Source of the DNA: Candidatus Kerfeldbacteria bacterium
Lineage (GTDB): Bacteria > Patescibacteriota > Patescibacteriia > UBA10025 > JAHIVO01
NCBI GenBank assembly: GCA_047946875.1
Contig: CP181398.1
Span: 207,154 to 271,153 of the forward strand
Length of the DNA stretch: 64,000 bases
Direction: 5' to 3'
Part shown: piece by piece, positions 39,400-51,345 of the stretch
Layout: each line of letters begins with the position of its first letter
Position numbering within the stretch: the first letter of the stretch is position 1
Notes under the pieces: generated by a model
Database searches by the model: none
What the model was told of the DNA's origin: nothing
Seen by the model: only the letters and a program-made list of their open reading frames with translations
Position numbers and translations under genes: made by a program

Positions 39400-41166
39400 A
39401 TGGTAATAAAATCGCGTCATAAAAGAAATAATAAACCAAAATCTCGTGACCGCATTGATATAGTATTTGCGGTTATTTTTGTGTTTGCTGCAATTATTAT
39501 AGTGCGATTAGCCGATATCCAGATATTTCAACATTCTTTTTACGAGGCATTAGCAGCGGATCAGCATGAGTTGCATGAAAAATTATCACCAGAGCGAGGT
39601 GATATATTGGTTCGGGATAAAGATGATTCAGAAAAATTATTTCCTTTAGCAACAAACAAAACATTATATTTTGTTTATGCCGAGCCAAAACGTATTGAAG
39701 ACCCTGATGATGTAGCTGACAAATTATTTACATTATTAGAGATAGAAGAAGATGAAGAGAAAGAGGAAATATTGAATAGGTTAAAAAAAGAAGATGATCT
39801 GTATGAACCAATCAAACGACAAGTGACTGAAGAAGTAATTTTGGAATTAGATAAATTGGAGATGACTGGTATAAAATATCAGGAAGAATATGAACGATTA
39901 TATCCTGAGAATAACTTCGGTTCTCATATTTTAGGATTTTTGGGAAATAGTGGTGATGCGAAAATTGGTCAATATGGGCTAGAAGAATATTGGGAAACAG
40001 AGCTAGCTGGCGAAGCAGGTTATTTACAAGCTGAGAAAGATGCACGGGGAAGATGGATTACTTTTGGTACAAAATTATTAGAAGAAGCAAAAGATGGCGA
40101 TGATCTTGTTTTAACTATTGATAGATCTGTCCAATACGAAGCTTGTAAACAGTTAAATGAAACTGTATCTAGGCATGGAGCAGATGGCGGTAGTGTCGTA
40201 ATTATAGATCCAAGTACTGGTGGGATACTGGCTATGTGTGGGGCTCCTGACTTTGATCCGAATAATTATGGTGAAGTAGAAGATGCAAATACATATATTA
40301 ATCCCGCAACTTTCTATATTTATGAGCCTGGTTCTATTTTTAAATCTATAACTATGGCCGCGGCATTAGATCAAGGAGCTGTCACTCCAACAACTACTTA
40401 TAATGACACGGGGAGTGTAGAGATCGGTAAGTATACAATTAGAAATTCTGACGGAAAAGCAAATGGAATAAATACAATGACCGAGGTATTAGAAAAGTCT
40501 CTAAATACAGGAGTAATATTTGCTGTTCGTACAATCGGTCCTGAAATTTTTGAAGATTATGTAAAAAGATTTGGCTTTGGTCAGAAGTATGGAATAGAAT
40601 TAAATTCGGAAGCTCAAGGTAATATAAAAAATTTAGCAAAGCATCAAGATATATATATGGCTACTGGATCTTATGGTCAGGGGCTGTCAGTAACACCATT
40701 GCAGATGACCAATGCTTATGCTGCGATTGCTAACGGTGGTAGATTGATGGAACCATTTATAGTTGACGAAGTTATTAATAGTGATGGGTTTAGTACTAAG
40801 ACAGAACCAAAAGTTATTAGACAGGTTATCAAAGAGCAGACTGCTACTACACTTGGGGCGATGCTAGTAAATGTGGTTCGTAATGGACATGGTGGACGAG
40901 CCGGTGTTGATGGATATTATGTAGCAGGTAAGACAGGTACTGCTCAAATACCAAGTCAGACAGGACCGGGCTATGATCCTGATTTTACAATTGGTAGTTT
41001 TTGTGGTTTTGCGCCTGTTGATAATCCTATATTTGCTATGTGTGTAAAAATCGATAAACCAAGAACAGTACAATGGGCCGAATCTACGGCTGCACCATTA
41101 TTTGGAGAACTTGCACAGTTTATGTTGAATTACTATGGTGTTCCACCAGAAGAAACGGTAAAATAA
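39400..41166 (+). CDS. ftsI: Class B penicillin-binding protein (FtsI-like)
   Basis: RGDI.. , YEPGSIFK, SLN, KTGTAQ; dcw position. Confidence 0.9.
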   Translation: MVIKSRHKRNNKPKSRDRIDIVFAVIFVFAAIIIVRLADIQIFQHSFYEALAADQHELHEKLSPERGDILVRDKDDSEKLFPLATNKTLYFVYAEPKRIEDPDDVADKLFTLLEIEEDEEKEEILNRLKKEDDLYEPIKRQVTEEVILELDKLEMTGIKYQEEYERLYPENNFGSHILGFLGNSGDAKIGQYGLEEYWETELAGEAGYLQAEKDARGRWITFGTKLLEEAKDGDDLVLTIDRSVQYEACKQLNETVSRHGADGGSVVIIDPSTGGILAMCGAPDFDPNNYGEVEDANTYINPATFYIYEPGSIFKSITMAAALDQGAVTPTTTYNDTGSVEIGKYTIRNSDGKANGINTMTEVLEKSLNTGVIFAVRTIGPEIFEDYVKRFGFGQKYGIELNSEAQGNIKNLAKHQDIYMATGSYGQGLSVTPLQMTNAYAAIANGGRLMEPFIVDEVINSDGFSTKTEPKVIRQVIKEQTATTLGAMLVNVVRNGHGGRAGVDGYYVAGKTGTAQIPSQTGPGYDPDFTIGSFCGFAPVDNPIFAMCVKIDKPRTVQWAESTAAPLFGELAQFMLNYYGVPPEETVK

Positions 41167-41170
41167 AGGT

Positions 41171-41830
41171 ATGAATAGACCAGAAAATATCAATTCACCA
41201 GAAGTACAAAAAGAATGTTTATTAGAGATTGCAGAAAAATTATATAGTCCTGAAATGCCGTATCATAATTTTGAACATGCTAAAGATACTATCGAAGCTG
41301 CAAAGAAAATTATCGAACGTTGTAAAGAAGAAGGTTTAGAGTTAGATGAGGAAGTTGTCTATTATGCTATGTTATTTCATGATGCAGGATATCATGAGAA
41401 TCATGAAAAATTAGGTTTTAGAAGTAAAGAAGAATATTCGGCACATTTAGCTGATCAAGAAATGACTAAAGTAAAAATTCCTGATGAAAAAATCAAAGAA
41501 GTGGTCAAAACAATTCTAGCTACTCACAGTCAAGCTCCATTTGTCACAGTCGAACAGAAAATAGCGAGAGCAGCTGATCTATCGGGGATGGCAGCTGAGT
41601 ACGAGTTATTTGTAGAAAATAATATTAAACTAAAAAAAGAACAAGAGTTAATCGATGGTAAAGAAATAAGTTTAGAAGCATGGAAACAAAAAACTAAGGA
41701 AGTGATCGAGTTCTATCTATCACAAGATATTCATTTAACAGATGGGTATCAAGATGAGGAAGGGAATTCAATCTTTCATAATAAAGTGAAGGAGAATTTA
41801 GCAAGATTTTTAAAAGAAGAAGAAATTTAA
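41171..41830 (+). CDS. HD-domain phosphohydrolase
   Basis: YHNFEH, LFHDAGY, EEYSA, ILATH, AADL. Confidence 0.85.
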   Translation: MNRPENINSPEVQKECLLEIAEKLYSPEMPYHNFEHAKDTIEAAKKIIERCKEEGLELDEEVVYYAMLFHDAGYHENHEKLGFRSKEEYSAHLADQEMTKVKIPDEKIKEVVKTILATHSQAPFVTVEQKIARAADLSGMAAEYELFVENNIKLKKEQELIDGKEISLEAWKQKTKEVIEFYLSQDIHLTDGYQDEEGNSIFHNKVKENLARFLKEEEI

Positions 41831-41834
41831 AATA

Positions 41835-43133
41835 ATGAATATTATAAAGAAAATAATAGAATGGGAATTGCGAGTGTTAGCTGGCTTGGTTTTGAGTAGA
41901 TACAAACCTAAGGTTATTGGTCTGACTGGTAGTGTAGGTAAGACATCTACCAAAGAAGCGATATATAAAGTATTGGATCCTAATTTCAAAACTTGGAAGA
42001 ATATAAAAAATTATAATAATGAGATTGGTGTTCCATTATCGATCTTGGGTATGGAATCAGCAAACAGAAATCCGTTTATGTGGGGTTGGGTATTTTTTAA
42101 GGCAATTGGAATATTGATTGTGCGAAATAAAAAATATCCCGAAATGTTGATATTAGAAATGGGAGCAGATAAGCCAGGGGATATCAAATACTTAGTTGAT
42201 TTTGCAAAATGTCATGTGGGAGTAGTTACGGCGATCGGAGCAGCTCATTTAGAATTATTTGGTAGCGTAGAGAAAGTTGCAAGAGAGAAGCAAAATATAG
42301 TTTCACATCTTAAGGTAGGAGATTATGCGGTTTTAAATATTGATGATGAGATGGTGATGAAGATGAAAGAAAAAACTAGGGCTCAAGTAATTACTTATGG
42401 TTTTGATGATGAGGCAGACATTCGGGCTAGTGGTTTGGATATATCAGCTGGACCATCATCAGATCCTTGGATTGATATGCAGATAAAAGGAATTAGTTTC
42501 AAATTACATTACAAGGGCGCTATCGCTCCAGTATTTTTACCAAAGACTTTGGGTAAGCATCAAGTATATAGTGCATTGGCAGCAGCAGCAGTGGGAGTAT
42601 CACAAGGGATAAATATTGTAGATATTGCAGAGTCTTTACGAGAGTCATATCCACCAGCCGGGCGGATGAGGTTAATAGCTGGGATAAAACATACTTCAAT
42701 AATTGATGATACTTATAACTCATCACCTTTGGCTTCTAAAGCAGCTTTGAATGTTTTGCATGAAATAAAAGTTTCCGGTAGAAAAATTGTAGCGATGGGA
42801 GATATGTTGGAGCTTGGAGATTATACCGAGCAGGGGCATAGAGATGTTGGTATGTATGTTGCAGAAGCAGCCGATATATTGGTTACTTCGGGAGAAAGTG
42901 GAAAAATAATTGCTAAGGCAGCTATAGAAAGTGGTATGTTAGTAGATAATGTATTTACTTTCCCTGATCCAGAATCTGCTGGTAGGTTTATCCAAGATAA
43001 AATTAAAAAAGGTGATATAATATTAGTGAAGGGTTCACAGGGAGCTAGGATGGAAAAAGTAGTAAAGGAGCTGATGGCAGAGCCACAAAAAGCTGAAGAA
43101 CTATTGGTAAGACAAATAAAAGAATGGCAATAG
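41835..43133 (+). CDS. murF: UDP-MurNAc-tripeptide--D-Ala-D-Ala ligase
   Basis: TGSVGKTSTK, NNEIGVP, DDTYNSSP, GDMLELG, LVKGS. Confidence 0.94.
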   Translation: MNIIKKIIEWELRVLAGLVLSRYKPKVIGLTGSVGKTSTKEAIYKVLDPNFKTWKNIKNYNNEIGVPLSILGMESANRNPFMWGWVFFKAIGILIVRNKKYPEMLILEMGADKPGDIKYLVDFAKCHVGVVTAIGAAHLELFGSVEKVAREKQNIVSHLKVGDYAVLNIDDEMVMKMKEKTRAQVITYGFDDEADIRASGLDISAGPSSDPWIDMQIKGISFKLHYKGAIAPVFLPKTLGKHQVYSALAAAAVGVSQGINIVDIAESLRESYPPAGRMRLIAGIKHTSIIDDTYNSSPLASKAALNVLHEIKVSGRKIVAMGDMLELGDYTEQGHRDVGMYVAEAADILVTSGESGKIIAKAAIESGMLVDNVFTFPDPESAGRFIQDKIKKGDIILVKGSQGARMEKVVKELMAEPQKAEELLVRQIKEWQ

Positions 43134-43162
43134 CTATATATAAATTATTAATATAAAATAGT

Positions 43163-46100
43163 ATGGGAAAAAATTTTTATATTATTACAGCAATAACACT
43201 TGTTGTAATTTTATGTGTGACTGGATTTATTTTTAAAGATCAACTTTTTGGAGATGATGAGGGGAATCGTGTATTGCCGGTCATCGCTACATTAAGTGAT
43301 AATGAGTTTACCTTTAAAGCAGATAATTATGATTCTATGGGGGTGCATCCGGGTACAAGTTTTACTTTGACATCCAAGAATCAAGTTGAGAAAACAAGTA
43401 TTGAAGGTAATCTTGTAGTTGATCCGACATTCAAATATAAAGTAGAATCGTCAGATAGCAATGAATTCTCTATTGTTCCGGAAGAAACTCTGAAAGACAA
43501 TACTATATATAAATTTTCTATAGTGGGGCAGCAAGAAGGTGATGATAGTGTCAAAGAATACCAATGGGCATATCAGACTAAAAGCACTTTTAAAATAAAG
43601 GGTAGTTTACCAGCTGATGAAACTGCTTATGTGCCAGTTAATAGTGGTATCGAAATTATTTTTTCTCATGAGAATTATATAGATTATGAGGATTATTTTT
43701 CAATAAGTCCTGAAGCAGATGGTGCTTTTGAAAAACATAGGAAAACTTTGGTATTTGTTCCTGATGGATTGGAAAAAAGTACATTATATACTGTAACTAT
43801 TGATAGCGGATTACCACTTGAGGGAAGTGATTTGGTGTTGGATATGGATTATATATTTCAATTCGAAACAGAAGCGGATAGCTATGATAGTGGGAATGTT
43901 ACATTCGCTGATAATTTTTTTGAATACCCATCTACACAAGCGCCGGTACTTTCTATTAACGAATATAATTCTGGCTTAATCAGTTTAAATATAGAAGTAT
44001 ATGGATTTAATAGTTTTGATGATTTTACAGCTGCAGTGGATACATTAAATAATTATCCACATTGGGCGGGTTATTCAAATTTAAAGAATACTTATCCGAC
44101 AGATGGTTTAGATTTAATTATTAATTTCGATGCAGATATAATTGATGATAATTATTCAAAATTAATAGAGTTCCCAGAAAGTTTGAGTACGGGCTATTAT
44201 CTTGTTCAGATTTATAATTCGAGTGGTGTTTCCCAGACTTATTTACAGATAAGCGACTTGATAGCGAGTTATCAAGGCACAGATTCGAATTCATTCATTT
44301 GGGCTCATGATTTAAATACATCTTTACCGTTGAATAATGCAATCATAGGATTTTCACACGATACTGATTTTAGCGCGACAACAAATACAAAAGGCTTGGC
44401 AGAATTTAACACACCAAGTCAAATTGCGACTGATCAGCAATATAAAATTACCAACATATCTTATTACACAGTAAATTATAATAATGTGAATTTATTAATT
44501 CCCATAGAGAGACATTATGAAATGGGTGGTTGGATGATGAACAGTGGTAATAGGAATTATTGGACATATTTATATACCAACCGCACAATTTATTCCCGAA
44601 CTGATAGTATAAAATATTGGGGTGTATTAAAAAGTAGGGTAGGAGATCAGGTACCACAAGCCACTGTAAAATTTGTTAAGAGTGGTGGTGGATATATGGG
44701 TGCGAGTGATACAGTATTACAAGAAAGTGATATTAATATTGGATCTTACGGAACTTATGAAGGTAGTTTTGATTATACGAATCTGGGTGTTGGAGCCTAT
44801 TATCTAAAAATTTATGTAGGGGATGAATTAATACATACTAAGTATATTAATATTACTACATATGTTAAGCCAAGTTTTAAGATTGAAGTTAACACGGATA
44901 AGAAGGCATATTTTGAAGGTGAAGATATTATCTATAATATTAAGTCTGTATATTATGATGGTACTCCGATAGGTAATATAGAACTAGAATATTATGCGGA
45001 CGGCAACAATACTATAACGACAGATGCCAGTGGAGAGGCAACAATTACTAGATCGACATCATATAGTAGTGATGGATATTATCCAAATTCGGAATATTTT
45101 TCCATCCATCCAACATTAGCAGCTACATCTGATCTATATACAGATAATAATGTATATTTATTCGGACCTTCAATGGATTTGAAAGCCAGTCTAGACGAAA
45201 ATAATGTTATTAATGGAAACGTATTCGAAGTTGATTTAAGTACAATAAATGATGAAGGAAATGATTTTGCTTGGAATTTCGAAGGCGATCCAATACCAGG
45301 AATTAATGTAACCGCTAAGGTGTATCATCAATATTATACCAAGACAGAAACAGGGACGAGGTATGATTATATAAACAAGAAGACATATAAAACTTATGAT
45401 TATGATTTCAATTCTGATTTAGAAGATGAAGTTATAGCTATTACAAGTGCAGATGGAAAATATTTGGTAAATTATAATTATCAAGATGGTAAAAAATATA
45501 AAATTGAATTAGGTATTACTGATAGTGCTGGCAGGACAGCCACAAAGAATGTTTATAAATATTCCGGATATAATGGTTATAACTATTATGCTAATCAAGG
45601 CTATGACTATTATAATTTGGTAACTGAAGGTGGATCAGATGAAACATCAATAATATTTTTCAACCTGGCGAAACTATTGATGTTTCATTTTATGAAAATG
45701 AAGATTTATTGTCTGGAACGAGCAATGAAGACTTTGTATATTTCAAAGGAATGACAGGCATCTTTGATATTATTTCAAGTAATAAATCAAATTTCTCATT
45801 TGAGTTCGACGAGACATATGCGCCGAACATCTATGTTTATGGAATATATTTTGATGGTCGAAGTTATCATCTCACTGAATCATTAAGATTGGATTATGAT
45901 ACTACCATCCAGAAATTAAATATAGATATTGATCAGGATAAGATTAATTATGGACCGGGCGAGGAAGTAAACTTGGAAATTACAGTTACTGATATAAATG
46001 ACAATCCGGTAAAAGCAGAAGTTAATGTATCGGCGATTGATGAAGCTTTGACCGCTTTACAATGGAACAATGATGCAAGTTTCTTTTCAACTTTATATAC

Positions 46101-48429
46101 CACACTTCCTCTTACTCTAGAATATTCATATCAAAGTCATAAGGATTTGGCTGCACCGATGGCTGAAGGTGGAGGATGCTTTACGGGTGATACGAATATT
46201 TTGATGAGCGACGGAAGTAGTAAACAAATATCTGATGTTCGGATAGGTGATGAAGTTCTTACCAAGATCGATGATGAATCTAATGATTTGGTCACGGCCA
46301 AGGTTTTAAATACGGTGAAACATTTGGTTAATGGATATTTGATAATAAATGAAGATCTACAAGTAACGGATAAACATATAATATATCTGAATGGGGAGTG
46401 GAGTATTGCTGGTGATGCTAAAGAGGGAGATTATTTAACCAATTCTTCAGGTGAAGAAGTAATTATCAATAGTATTATCGAAACAAAAAAACCAAGCAAA
46501 GTATACAATCTTCACATTGAAAATCTAAATACTTTCATTGCTGATGATATTTATGTGCATAACAGTAAAGGTGGTCTCAGAGAAGATTTTCAAGATATCG
46601 CTTTCTTTGGTAGTGTAGAGACCAATGGACAAGGGCAGGCAACTTTATCATTTGAATTACCTGATAATATTACATCTTGGGCGACCACTGTTCATGCGCT
46701 AACCAAAGATTTAAAGGCTGAATCAACACAATCAGCCGTGATTGCTACTTTACCATTCTTTGTAGATGTTGCAGTGGCCGAGAATTACATAGTGGGTGAT
46801 AAACCAGTAGTTAATATTAGATCTTTTGGGATAGAACTAGATACTGATGCTCAAGTGGAATATACAATTTCTTACCCTGGTTATAATGAAGATGAGATTG
46901 TAATGACTGCCAATGCTAGTGAAGCGGTTGAAATAACTTTACCTGAATTTGGTGCTGGAGAGTTTTCTATTCAAGTCATTGCTAAGCAGGGGAACTATAA
47001 TGATGCGGTAAAGAAAAGTTTTGATTTTTATCAGTCAAATTTATTAGAAGGAAATTCTACATTTTATGATTTGATTCAAGGTGTGGATATTACTGGGAGT
47101 GAGGATAGTTATACGAATCTTACATTTACTAACAAAGAAAGAGGGCAATATTATAATCTATTAAAAAGATCAATGTGGAGCTACGGCGACAGAGTTGAGC
47201 AAAAAGTTTCAAGATACTATGCTGATAAATTATTAATGGATTATTTTGATGAGCCAATGACCGGTGATAATGATTTTGATTTTACTGCTTTCCAGCAAAG
47301 TGACGGTGGAATTTCCTTATTACCTTATTCATCTTCTGATATATTATTAACCGCTAAGGTTATGGAAGTAGCTGGTAGTAAATTTGATGCAATTTCAGCC
47401 AAAAGTTATTTTGAGGCAATATTAGCTAATAAAGACAACAACTTGGATGAAATTGTCTATGCATTATTAGGTATGTCTAATATAGGTGAACCTGTTTTAA
47501 CTGAAATAAATATTTTGATGGACAGTAACGAAATTCCAGATATTTTGAAATTATATCTATCCAGAGCTCTGTCCAACTTGGGAGCTACGGAATACGCTAC
47601 TACATTGGTCCAGACAATATTAGACAATTATGGTGATGAAACAGATAACTATATCAAACTTGCATTGGGAGAAGATCAGGATGAATACACTGAATATACA
47701 TACCAAGCAGCTATTGTTTTAGCTCAAGCGTCAACTGATATTGCAAGTAAATTATTTGATTACGCTTATGCTAATCCAGCTAAAGAACAATTGAATAATC
47801 TAGAACAATTAGCCTACGTTCAATATGCACTACCTCTATTATCTGGGGATCCTGTTAGTTTTAGCTATATTTTGAACGGTAAAACAGAGTCAGTAAGTTT
47901 GGCAAATAATGAGAAACTTTCATTATTATTAACTAGTACTGAATTGGGAGATATAGCTTATAGTAATATCGTGGGAGCTGTAGGAATGGTATCAAGCTAT
48001 CAAGTGCCTGTGGATCTGGCTAATGTGGAGGTAGATCCTGATATTAGTGTGACTAGGGAATATACCGTTGATGGTACGTCGACTGTTAACTTTCAAGAAA
48101 ATGATGTTGTTAAGATAACATTATCTCCAAATATTAGTGATGGGGCAATAGATAATGAATATCAATTAACTGATTATCTGCCATCAGGATTAAAAATGTT
48201 GAGTAATCTACATGCCTGGAGTATTGGTTGGACTAGTGACACTAGATATCCTTATGAGATTGATGGTCAGGCAGTGAAATTTTGGACTAGCAGAACAACG
48301 GAACCATTTCACTATTATGCTATAGTTATTAGTAAAGGTGATTATATAGCTGAGCAAACTATTCTTCAGGGTTTTGTAGCCAAAGATAGTATTAATTATG
48401 GTGTGCAATCTGCCATCAATATTCAATAA
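43163..48429 (+). pseudogene. Alpha-2-macroglobulin family protein (N-terminal TM, two Big_5-like domains, MG domains), split by a frameshift near 45650
   Basis: YTNRTIY, YVKPSF, VSAIDEAL, LREDF, LPDNITSW, QQSDGG, DYLPSG; the second frame is open from about 45643 (NNIFQPGETIDV). Confidence 0.85.
46177..46563 (+). other. Hint domain / mini-intein (129 aa) inside the alpha-2-macroglobulin
   Basis: GGG|CFTGDT (block A), VTDKH (block B TxxH), VYNLHI (block F), YVHN|S (block G). Confidence 0.92.
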
Positions 48430-48432
48430 ACT

Positions 48433-49350
48433 GTGAAGAAAATATTTTTCATTATTGTTTTTGTTTTAGCCTTCATTGGTATTTCTTTTGCAATTGGTCA
48501 TGTAGTTACAGGGAGTAATGATAATGAAATTACAGAAGTTGCTAATGTCTCCAATTCACGTAGTGAGATTATGATGGATAAGTATTTTTATCCGAATAAT
48601 TTTTATAACTCCGTTGAGCAAGCCACTGTTTCCGATGTTAAATTTCAGACAGATATTGTTAGAGCTGGTATAATTCCTCATGATATTACTCAGGGTCAGA
48701 TGATTGCACATTTTTTTCAAGGATTAATAAATCAAAATCCTAAAAGAATAATATTACTTGGCCCAAATCATTACGAGGTAGGTAATAGTAAATTTATTAC
48801 AACTACCGCTGATTGGGAGACTGAGTTTGGAATAGTTAAGACTGATGATAGGGTAGTTGAAAATTTATTAGTTAATTATCAATTTTCTGAGAATAGTAAG
48901 ATTATAGAAAATGAGCATTCTGTATCTGCGATTGTTCCTTATATATCTAATTATCTTCCTAACACACAAGTAGTGCCAATAATTTTTAAAGCTGATATAA
49001 GAGAGAATGAGATTGAAGCTGTTATTAAAATTATAGATGATTATATTGATGATGAAACAGTTGTGGTTGCCGCGGTGGATTTTTCTCATTATCTAACTAA
49101 AGCACAAGCTTCGATTAATGACGAAAAAACAAAAAATTATTTAGAGAATTTAGATTATCAAAGTATACTTAACTTAGGTGGAAATTTTAATGACTACCTT
49201 GATTCACCGGCCGTAATTGGGTTATTATTAAAGTGGTTGGATAATAAGGGGTATATAAATAGTCAGTTTTTAAGCCATGTTAATTCCGCTGATGAAGCAA
49301 ATGATCCAAATATCCAAACCACCAGTTATTTTGAATTAATTTATTACTAA
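48433..49350 (+). CDS. MEMO1/AmmeMemoRadiSam-B-like protein with N-terminal anchor
   Basis: IIPH, LGPNH, EHS, VDFSHY, DSP, TSY. Confidence 0.85.
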   Translation: MKKIFFIIVFVLAFIGISFAIGHVVTGSNDNEITEVANVSNSRSEIMMDKYFYPNNFYNSVEQATVSDVKFQTDIVRAGIIPHDITQGQMIAHFFQGLINQNPKRIILLGPNHYEVGNSKFITTTADWETEFGIVKTDDRVVENLLVNYQFSENSKIIENEHSVSAIVPYISNYLPNTQVVPIIFKADIRENEIEAVIKIIDDYIDDETVVVAAVDFSHYLTKAQASINDEKTKNYLENLDYQSILNLGGNFNDYLDSPAVIGLLLKWLDNKGYINSQFLSHVNSADEANDPNIQTTSYFELIYY

Positions 49351-49362
49351 TCAATTAAATAT

Positions 49363-50085
49363 ATGAAAAAAAGTATTATTTATTCATTATTAATCGCAGG
49401 TTTAGTATTGGTACCAGGACTCGTATTTGGTATGGAAGAGGTAGAGGTAGATACTACTACGATTACTGACCAGACTGATGAAGTGAGTAAGCTGGTAAAA
49501 GAAATTGAAGATGAGTTAGAAGATCCAGGGGTTTTACCTGATTCACCATTCTATTTTGTTAAAGAATGGTCAGAAGGGATTCAAGAATTTTTTACATTTG
49601 ATAATGAAAAAAAAGCAGAGTTACAATATAGATTTGCAATGAGACGAGTAGCTGAGGTAAATAAATTAGTATCCAAAGGAAAACTAGAAAAAGCTCAAGA
49701 ACATATGGATAAGTATGATTCGCATTTAGAGAAATTTTCTGAGAAGGTCGTTAAGCTAAAAGAAAAAGATGCCGACAAGGCAGAGGCATTAACAGACAAG
49801 TTAGAGATAATGCAAGTAAAACAGCAGAGTGTTTTAGCTGATGTTTATGATAAAGTTCCTGAAGAAGCAAAGGAAGGGATATTGAACGCAATGGAAAATT
49901 CTTCAAAAGGATTGGAAAATGCTATAGAGAAAATTGAAGGAAAAGAAAAGTTGGATTCTTTTAAAGAAAGATTTCGAAATAGAATCGAAGAGGAGTATCA
50001 AGATAAAAGTGATGAAGTGCAAGATAGTTTGAAAAAAAGAGCAAAGGAAATGGTAGATGATGCATTGGAAGGGGAGGATGAGTAA
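49363..50085 (+). CDS. DUF5667-like secreted helical protein
   Basis: PGVLPDSPFYFVKEWSE...RRVAE; signal peptide. Confidence 0.8.
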   Translation: MKKSIIYSLLIAGLVLVPGLVFGMEEVEVDTTTITDQTDEVSKLVKEIEDELEDPGVLPDSPFYFVKEWSEGIQEFFTFDNEKKAELQYRFAMRRVAEVNKLVSKGKLEKAQEHMDKYDSHLEKFSEKVVKLKEKDADKAEALTDKLEIMQVKQQSVLADVYDKVPEEAKEGILNAMENSSKGLENAIEKIEGKEKLDSFKERFRNRIEEEYQDKSDEVQDSLKKRAKEMVDDALEGEDE

Positions 50086-50159
50086 GTTGATGATAATAAT
50101 TAATAAAAAAAAGCGCTTTGATATTATCTTAGCGCTTTATGGTAGAAAGCAAATGCTTT

Positions 50160-50990
50160 TTAGGCTATAGTAGTTTCCGGTTCTTTAGAAACTACGTCTT
50201 CGTGTTCGTCCTGCTTTATACGGCGGCACATGATTGTTACTTGGTGCATACCATCTACAACACTGTTATTCATCACTTGGTAAATTTCCCATCCATCCTC
50301 GGAAAGTTTTTGGACAGTAGTCTTGTATAGATTGGTGTTTATAGGATTGGAACCAGCAATGGTATTTGCTGGAATATTATTTACAACCTCTTGGTGGTAG
50401 TCCCATGCCATTTGAGCACCCGATGAGATATGTTTATATCCCATTTTTTGCAGGAGTACGAGAGCACCAACGACGGATTTACCGGCAGTTTTGAGGATTA
50501 ATCCTCGTACAGAATTCCGGCTTATGCCAAGTATTTTGGACAACTTAACTTGATTATGTGTTATAGAAGTTAGTGCATTGCTCATTTGATTGCCAATGGA
50601 AAGTTCATTAGCAGTAAGATCAATGACAGGCATGCCATTTTCATCTTTCATAGGTAATTCACTGGTAGTATCGTCAGTCGTCGGACGTATAAAATAGTTC
50701 CCATCAATCTGGGATGGAAAACCAGGAACTACATACATGAATCCAAGGGATTGAAGATATCCAAGAAGCAACAGTATAGAGTTGTTTGAACCTTCTTCCA
50801 TTTGGATAATCAATCTTTTACTGAGTCCGGACTTTCCCATAGCCATTTCAATGTTCATTCCAGCAGTAATTCTTGCAAAGTGAAGTTGAGCCCCAATGGT
50901 TTTCGGGACATCTGATAGATTGACTATAGGTAATCGTTGGTCTTTCTTATCCTTGGCCATAAAAACCCTCCTTGTTTTATTAAAGTACAT
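50160..50990 (-). CDS. Tandem XRE-like HTH protein with DUF4177-like C-terminus
   Basis: Two internally similar IG.Q....G(L/I)S units; LSEDGWEIYQV...MCRR. Confidence 0.55.
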   Translation of the reverse strand: MYFNKTRRVFMAKDKKDQRLPIVNLSDVPKTIGAQLHFARITAGMNIEMAMGKSGLSKRLIIQMEEGSNNSILLLLGYLQSLGFMYVVPGFPSQIDGNYFIRPTTDDTTSELPMKDENGMPVIDLTANELSIGNQMSNALTSITHNQVKLSKILGISRNSVRGLILKTAGKSVVGALVLLQKMGYKHISSGAQMAWDYHQEVVNNIPANTIAGSNPINTNLYKTTVQKLSEDGWEIYQVMNNSVVDGMHQVTIMCRRIKQDEHEDVVSKEPETTIA

Positions 50991-51175
50991 ATGATATTTA
51001 AATTACCTTAATAAAATAAACAACTGTTGTCAAGCGACTTAACATCAATTTTGGTGTGAGGTTTAACAAAAAATTAAATAATTTATAACAAAAAATGAAC
51101 AACCATCGTGGGCCGATGGTCGTTCACATAATTATTCTATAATAGGATTTGATATTAATCAAGTCCTTTTTGTGC

Positions 51176-51345
51176 AAAAAAAATAACCCTGTTAACTATT
51201 CTAGAAAAATTAACAGGGTTGGCGTGGGACTCGTGGCGAGAGTCAGGTAGATATGCATCATTGCGATCGGATCAAACCAAATACTAGGAGAAGTATCAGA
51301 ATTTCTGTCGAAAATTTGTATTGAATGAGCAACTATGCTAAATAT
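51176..51345 (-). ncRNA. Candidate small RNA
   Basis: TTGACT-16-TATAAT promoter upstream, boxA-like TGCTCATTCAA, GC-richer body, AACCCTGTTAA/TTAACAGGGTT hairpin with U-tract. Confidence 0.4.
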
